DNA of 64,000 bases, from the NCBI GenBank assembly GCA_038226785.1, contig JBBRQG010000003.1, positions 196,583-260,582 of the forward strand, read 5' to 3'. Source of the stretch: Tepidisphaerales bacterium. Lineage in GTDB: Bacteria; Planctomycetota; Phycisphaerae; Tepidisphaerales; Tepidisphaeraceae. The notes under the pieces were generated by a model. It worked only from the letters and a program-made list of their open reading frames with translations. It did not search any database and was not told the DNA's origin. A program made the translations under genes and the position numbers. Positions within the stretch are counted from its first letter, which is position 1. The number at the start of each line of letters is the position of its first letter. Of this stretch, positions 59,174 to 64,000 are shown piece after piece.

Positions 59174-61854
59174 TCGGAGATCTCCGGGTTGGTCGTCACG
59201 GCGGCCATACCCAAGCTAAGACTGTTTTCTAGAAATGCGCGCAACGCTTCAGGCTTCTTCTCTGCCCTGAACTGCCGGCGAAATTCTTCCCGCATCGTCA
59301 GCCGAGAGAGCTGCGAAAATACTTTCATATGTGCCCGTTCCTGCGTGTCGCTCCGGATAGCCAGAAGGATGACGATGTCCACCGGTTCCCCGTCGGTTGA
59401 GCCCCATTGAACCGGCGTTCCCAAGCGGGCCACAGCAATGGCGTGGGATCGCATGTGCTCGGATTTACAGTGCGGAACGGCAAATCCATGGCCAAATCCG
59501 GTCGAGTAGGTGTCTTCGCGTCGCCAGATAGCCTCTTCAACCAGTGCCGAGTTATTTGCCCAGCCCCCCACCGCCAACGCATCACACAAGACCTTGATGG
59601 CCTCCTCTTTTGAGCGCGCATCAGAATCGAGGATGATAAGATCGTCAGAGAGTATTGGCAGCGAAACCTCGGCAACCCGAGGCGCCGCCAGTAGGGCCGC
59701 AACCTCAGCCTGTGTCGAACAGGCCATAACTTTGGCTGCCAACGTTGCACAGTCGGACTGCTTCATAGCGGCCACCGCAGCCTTGACGGCCGCAATCCGA
59801 GGAATCGACACACTTATTTCATCCAGACCAAGTCCGACCAGAAGCGGAAGTGCTTCGGCGCTGTCTACCATTTCGCCGCACAAGCCGATCCACCGACGGG
59901 GCACGCCGGGCGCGCGGGCTCCATCCACTGCAGCCTTCAACATTCGCAGGAAGGCTGGCTGTGACCACGTGCAAAGGCCGGCCACTCGCTCATTGCCACG
60001 ATCAGCTGCCATGCAATATTGCGTGAGGTCATTACTGCCGATGCTGAAAAAGTCCGCCTCCTGAGCGAGCTCACGAATCATCATGACGGCAGAGGGCACC
60101 TCGATCATGACACCGATCGGGGGCTCCAGACAGCGTATATCCTGCTTTTCCAGATCGGCTTTTGCCTCGGTTACCATAGCTCGAACCGCACGCAGCTCTT
60201 CGACACAGCCGATCATGGGCACGAGCAGACGGATGCCTCCCACTGAATCGCCATTCCCATTGACTTGGGGGCGGGTCGCACCACCTGCGCGTAGGACAGC
60301 GCGAATCTGCGTCATCAGCAATGCCTTATGCTCGGCATAGATTCTAACGCCGCGATACCCGAGGAATGGATTCTCCTCCGGGGCAAGGCCGAGGTACGGC
60401 GCAGGCTTATCGCCACCGATGTCGATCAGACGAAGGATTACCGAGTGCCCAACCCCGTCGACAACGGCCTTCTTGTAGACGGCCAGTTGCTCTGCCTCTG
60501 AAGGTGGAGCCGATCGCGCTACAAACAGCATCTCCGTGCGAAACAGACCGATCCCCTCTGCGCCGGCGGCTATTCCCACACTTACTTCTTCTGCCGACGA
60601 CACGTTGCAGCCGACTTCGATCCGACAACCATCACGGGTCACCGCCTTCTCGAACCGCTTGGCTGCAATGGCCCGCCTAAGTCGATCAATCTTCTCTGTT
60701 TCCAATTCGTAATACCGGCGGATGGCTTCAGAAATGCTTGGAATGACAATCCCGGTTTCGCCGTCAACTAAAGCTTCCTGTCCGTTCTTGAAGCCTTGGG
60801 GCGCTTCGTCGACCGCCACTAGGGTCGGAATTCCCATCGATCTGGCGAGAATGACTGTGTGAGATGTGGAGCCGCCGTCCCGGAGTACGAGCCCCTTCAG
60901 ATGCTCGCGGCTCAGCTTGAGAAGCTCTGATGGCGCAAGACTTTCAGCCACATAGATTGTGGGGCGATCAAGGCAATGCGTATTCGGTGCTTTGCGTTCA
61001 CCAAGACTTTCAAGCAGCTGGCCGCAGACGTCGCGAATGTCCTGGGCACGTTCGCGGAGATAACCGCTCCGGGCCGCTCCCAATAGGAGTGCGAAGTGTT
61101 CGGAGGCCTCGACTACCGCCATGATTGCCGACTCACCGGCTGCAATACCTGACATGGCTTTTTCGCGGAATTCAATGTCCTGAAGAATCGCAACATGTGC
61201 CTTCAATATCTCGCGCTCTGGTGACCGAGTGGCCGCTTCCGATTGCTCGGTCATCGCTGACCGCAGGCGGGATATTGCCGACTCAAGTCGTCGAATTTCC
61301 TCATCGGGACTTTCCGCCCGGCGGCCTTCGGGGCTGATGTCAGGTCGGCCACCTTGCGCTACGACCACCCAGCCCCGGCCAATGCCCCCGCTGATCACCC
61401 GGCCGCGGAAAAACTGCGACAGACCGGATGCGGTGAGCGACCGCGGCAGTGCAGGCGTCGATTGCGGCGTCGGTTGGGCCTCGGCTGCGTTCTCTGTCCG
61501 GGCCAGGCTTTCGCGAATGAACAGACCCAGCGCTTCAATCGCCGCGGCTTCATCAGTACCCGAAGCCCGCAACACGCAGGGTTCGCCTTGCTGGACATCC
61601 ATGCTTATCAGTGCCAGAACACTTTTCACATTGCCCGAACGTCCGATGTGTCCCGCACTACCCGCCGCCAGCCGATCGTTCCTGAGCGTCTCTCCAGCCG
61701 GAACAGCTCCGCCCGCCTCATCGAGTCCGACGACAAGCGTGACATCGCAACGAAAGCGACTGGCCACCTCCTGCAGCTGGCTGGCGGGCCGGGCGTGCAG
61801 TCCGTTGGATAATGGGAAAGGAAATGCGTAGCTACTTGCCATGATATGGACCAC
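59170..61854 (-). CDS. PTS multiphosphoryl transfer protein: HPr - Enzyme I - EIIA(Fru/Ntr type) fusion
   Basis: HPr active-site GLHARPAS; EI motifs GGSTSHTVILARSMGIP (His) and LCGEM (PEP-utilising C-terminus); C-terminal type-2 EIIA with GFAVPHCK phospho-His motif. Confidence 0.85.
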   Translation of the reverse strand: MVHIMASSYAFPFPLSNGLHARPASQLQEVASRFRCDVTLVVGLDEAGGAVPAGETLRNDRLAAGSAGHIGRSGNVKSVLALISMDVQQGEPCVLRASGTDEAAAIEALGLFIRESLARTENAAEAQPTPQSTPALPRSLTASGLSQFFRGRVISGGIGRGWVVVAQGGRPDISPEGRRAESPDEEIRRLESAISRLRSAMTEQSEAATRSPEREILKAHVAILQDIEFREKAMSGIAAGESAIMAVVEASEHFALLLGAARSGYLRERAQDIRDVCGQLLESLGERKAPNTHCLDRPTIYVAESLAPSELLKLSREHLKGLVLRDGGSTSHTVILARSMGIPTLVAVDEAPQGFKNGQEALVDGETGIVIPSISEAIRRYYELETEKIDRLRRAIAAKRFEKAVTRDGCRIEVGCNVSSAEEVSVGIAAGAEGIGLFRTEMLFVARSAPPSEAEQLAVYKKAVVDGVGHSVILRLIDIGGDKPAPYLGLAPEENPFLGYRGVRIYAEHKALLMTQIRAVLRAGGATRPQVNGNGDSVGGIRLLVPMIGCVEELRAVRAMVTEAKADLEKQDIRCLEPPIGVMIEVPSAVMMIRELAQEADFFSIGSNDLTQYCMAADRGNERVAGLCTWSQPAFLRMLKAAVDGARAPGVPRRWIGLCGEMVDSAEALPLLVGLGLDEISVSIPRIAAVKAAVAAMKQSDCATLAAKVMACSTQAEVAALLAAPRVAEVSLPILSDDLIILDSDARSKEEAIKVLCDALAVGGWANNSALVEEAIWRREDTYSTGFGHGFAVPHCKSEHMRSHAIAVARLGTPVQWGSTDGEPVDIVILLAIRSDTQERAHMKVFSQLSRLTMREEFRRQFRAEKKPEALRAFLENSLSLGMAAVTTNPEISE

Positions 61855-61892
61855 ACTCGGTCTGGCCAGCCCTACCGGACCGACGGAGCAAC

Positions 61893-62219
61893 CTATTTGA
61901 AATGGGCAAATACATCTTTGGGATTTTTCAACGCTTCCTGTACGCCCACTCTTATAACCCGCTTGCCTGCAAAACGTTCTTCCTGCTCGACGGCGATATC
62001 GACCGCGAAAATTACAAAGTCTGCATCTTTGATTTCTGAAGGCTTCAGCTCGTTTTCAATGCCCATGGCACCCTGCGTTTCCACCTTAATGTGATGCCCG
62101 AGCGTCTTCGCCACTTTTTCAAGCTGCTCAGCTGCCATGTAAGTATGCGCGATGCCGGTCGGACAAGCTGTTACTGCGACAATTTTCATGATTACCAACT
62201 CCTTTTGTTCACCACTCAC
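61893..62219 (-). CDS. PTS fructose-family EIIB component
   Basis: VAVTACPTGIAHTYMAAE (phospho-Cys motif CPTG of Fru-type IIB); 108 aa. Confidence 0.8.
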   Translation of the reverse strand: MSGEQKELVIMKIVAVTACPTGIAHTYMAAEQLEKVAKTLGHHIKVETQGAMGIENELKPSEIKDADFVIFAVDIAVEQEERFAGKRVIRVGVQEALKNPKDVFAHFK

Positions 62220-62224
62220 AACTT

Positions 62225-63361
62225 TTACGCCGCTGCCAACGCCTCGGCGTCGGCAGGCTCGCTTTCGGATTTCTTTCTGGTCAGTGTCTTAACGATGTTC
62301 ACAGAAACTGCAGTCACCAGCGTGCCAGCCACGATCGCCACAATGAACATGAACCGGTTGTCGATCACCGGCAATACGATCGGTCCACCGTGCGGAGCAT
62401 GATCGCCCACCTTACCGAGCATCGCGATTGTGGAAGCAGTCATCGACCCGAGCACGATGCAAGGTATCACACGCAGAGGATCACCTGCAGCAAACGGGAT
62501 CGCGCCCTCAGTAATCCCGATGAGCCCCATTGCCAGCGCCGCAGTGCCAGCTTCTCGCTCCTCCTCCACCCACAGGCTGCTGCGGATTTTGGTAGCTAAG
62601 CCCATTCCCAGCGGCGGCGTACAGATTGCTGCGGCAACTGCCCCCATCACGGTGTAATTGCCCTGCTGAATCAGGCCTGACCCGAAGAAAAACGCAACTT
62701 TGTTGATGGGTCCGCCCATGTCAAACGCGATCATTGCACCGAGCACCATGGCCAGAACCACCGCATTCCCATTTCCCAGATCGTTAAGCCATGTGCCCAT
62801 GGACGTCATGAAGTGGGCGATCGGTATCCCGATGACTTCCAACATCAACACTCCGACCACCGTCGAAGAAAGGATTGGTATGATCAGGATCGGCATGATC
62901 GGCTTGATGTACCGGGGTACCTTTAGCTCCTTGATGAATCTTGCAACGTAGCCTGCCAAGAGGCCCGCAATCATGGCACCCAAAAAACCGGCGCTGACAT
63001 CTTTTTCGACGCCACCCACCATCGTTTTACCCAGATGGGTCGCCAGCCAACCGCCCACCATGCCCGGCACCAAGCCGGGCTTTGAAGCGATCGCGTATGC
63101 AATGTAGCCGGCAAGGACTGCAGGCATGAGCGTGAACGCCGCCACGCCAACGTCCATCACCAACTTCAAGGCCGCCGGTGATTGGTCGAAGGTGCCCGGC
63201 GTGTTCGGAAAATAGTGGGAGTTGATGCCAATTGCGGTGGCAATCAAGATTCCGCCACAGGCGATGAACGGAATCGCAAACGAAACGCCATTCAGCAAAT
63301 ATTGCCGGATCTTGAGCAGGCCATCCTTCATTGACACTCCAAGTGATCGTCTACAGCTCAC
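62225..63361 (-). CDS. PTS fructose-family EIIC component
   Basis: ~10 TM, FAIPFIACGGIL and GLIGITEGAIPF motifs of EIIC-Fru family. Confidence 0.8.
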   Translation of the reverse strand: MSCRRSLGVSMKDGLLKIRQYLLNGVSFAIPFIACGGILIATAIGINSHYFPNTPGTFDQSPAALKLVMDVGVAAFTLMPAVLAGYIAYAIASKPGLVPGMVGGWLATHLGKTMVGGVEKDVSAGFLGAMIAGLLAGYVARFIKELKVPRYIKPIMPILIIPILSSTVVGVLMLEVIGIPIAHFMTSMGTWLNDLGNGNAVVLAMVLGAMIAFDMGGPINKVAFFFGSGLIQQGNYTVMGAVAAAICTPPLGMGLATKIRSSLWVEEEREAGTAALAMGLIGITEGAIPFAAGDPLRVIPCIVLGSMTASTIAMLGKVGDHAPHGGPIVLPVIDNRFMFIVAIVAGTLVTAVSVNIVKTLTRKKSESEPADAEALAAA

Positions 63362-63492
63362 AAAATCGCACGGCCTGACACGCTACTCGTCCACTTGGGG
63401 TAAGCAACTACCGACCCTTCGCCGTGGATCCACCAAGACGTACGCACATGGGCACCATTACAACAACCCACCCCGTAACCACCCGAAACGAT

Positions 63493-64000
63493 TTACGGCT
63501 TACTCGAGTTGTCATTATTCCAATACTTGGCCCGTAGGTTCCACGGCGGGGTCCCCGGCGGGTATGCCCGCGTGTTTACGTTCGGATTCTTCGGATTGTA
63601 GAGCACCAGATCAAACTGGGACATCCACGTCACGTGTCCGTCACACCAAAGAACGTTGGCGCCGCCACGATGAATTGGCATGGGCGCTTCGGTATCATGA
63701 ATAGGATCCACGTTTTGACGAAAAGTGATATACGCCGCAGGGTATTCCGTGTTGCGGTCTGTGAGCTCAATCATCTCTGCCGGCACCCGAACCCGCGAGA
63801 CCTTCAGTTCCCTGCCGCCTGGCGAAAAAACGTCGCCGCCTAGGCCACGTTGCCGGGACGTGGCAAGCGGGCTTCCGTCCTGTTCGAAATTGTTCGTCTG
63901 CTGACCCGCGCCCCAATCATTGTAGCCGTATGACCAGAAGCCGGTCTCAGCCATGAGCAACGACTCGCCCACATTGTACCCAAAGCCCGTCTCAGCAAGG
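63493..64000 (-). CDS. prepilin-type N-terminal cleavage/methylation + DUF1559 family protein (5'-truncated by window edge)
   Basis: C-terminal NVLWCDGHVTWM motif of the DUF1559 (H-X9-DG) family; ORF open to the window edge. Confidence 0.75.
   Translation of the reverse strand, partial: LAETGFGYNVGESLLMAETGFWSYGYNDWGAGQQTNNFEQDGSPLATSRQRGLGGDVFSPGGRELKVSRVRVPAEMIELTDRNTEYPAAYITFRQNVDPIHDTEAPMPIHRGGANVLWCDGHVTWMSQFDLVLYNPKNPNVNTRAYPPGTPPWNLRAKYWNNDNSSKP

Noticed and set aside
1-64000. CRISPR arrays, IS elements, integrases, rRNA
   Set aside because: No regularly spaced direct repeats, transposase/integrase motifs or rRNA-like sequence were seen on visual scanning. The only RNA gene found is tRNA-Phe.

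Overview
High-GC (~60-65%) bacterial chromosomal window, most likely from a Planctomycetota-like genome. The signs are a prepilin-type DUF1559 protein at the 3' edge, a Ser/Thr kinase-TPR giant, HDOD and many secreted CAZymes. Gene density is high. I call ~48 features. Housekeeping: queF, Fe/Mn SOD, pyrD, psd-pssA, gltX, accD, rluA-family, phoH-ybeY-corC, htrA, tRNA-Phe, rmuC. Accessory: (i) a 5-gene minus-strand nonulosonic (sialic-type) acid operon: neuC-neuB-neuA, an unusual radical-SAM-like protein lacking the Cys triad, and a Maf/DUF115 putative nonulosonate transferase; (ii) a 13-gene unidirectional glycan-utilisation super-operon (40.9-63.4 kb): AraC regulator, unknown lipoprotein, glutaminase-A-like GH, YtfQRT/YjfF-type furanose ABC transporter with a GH127 gene embedded, HupE/UreJ-like membrane protein, 1458-aa secreted GH38 alpha-mannosidase, Fru-type PTS with an HPr-EI-EIIA triple fusion; (iii) a DEDDh exonuclease fused to a WYL-like domain; (iv) a sensor histidine kinase with a periplasmic CxxCH heme-c motif; (v) an active HtrA followed by a catalytically dead HtrA paralog; (vi) a ~1.3 kb gene-poor stretch downstream of tRNA-Phe. 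I saw no CRISPR array, IS element or rRNA. Many long antisense ORFs in the track are high-GC artefacts. Coordinates follow the supplied ORF track; starts were moved only in-frame where overlaps or motifs justified it.
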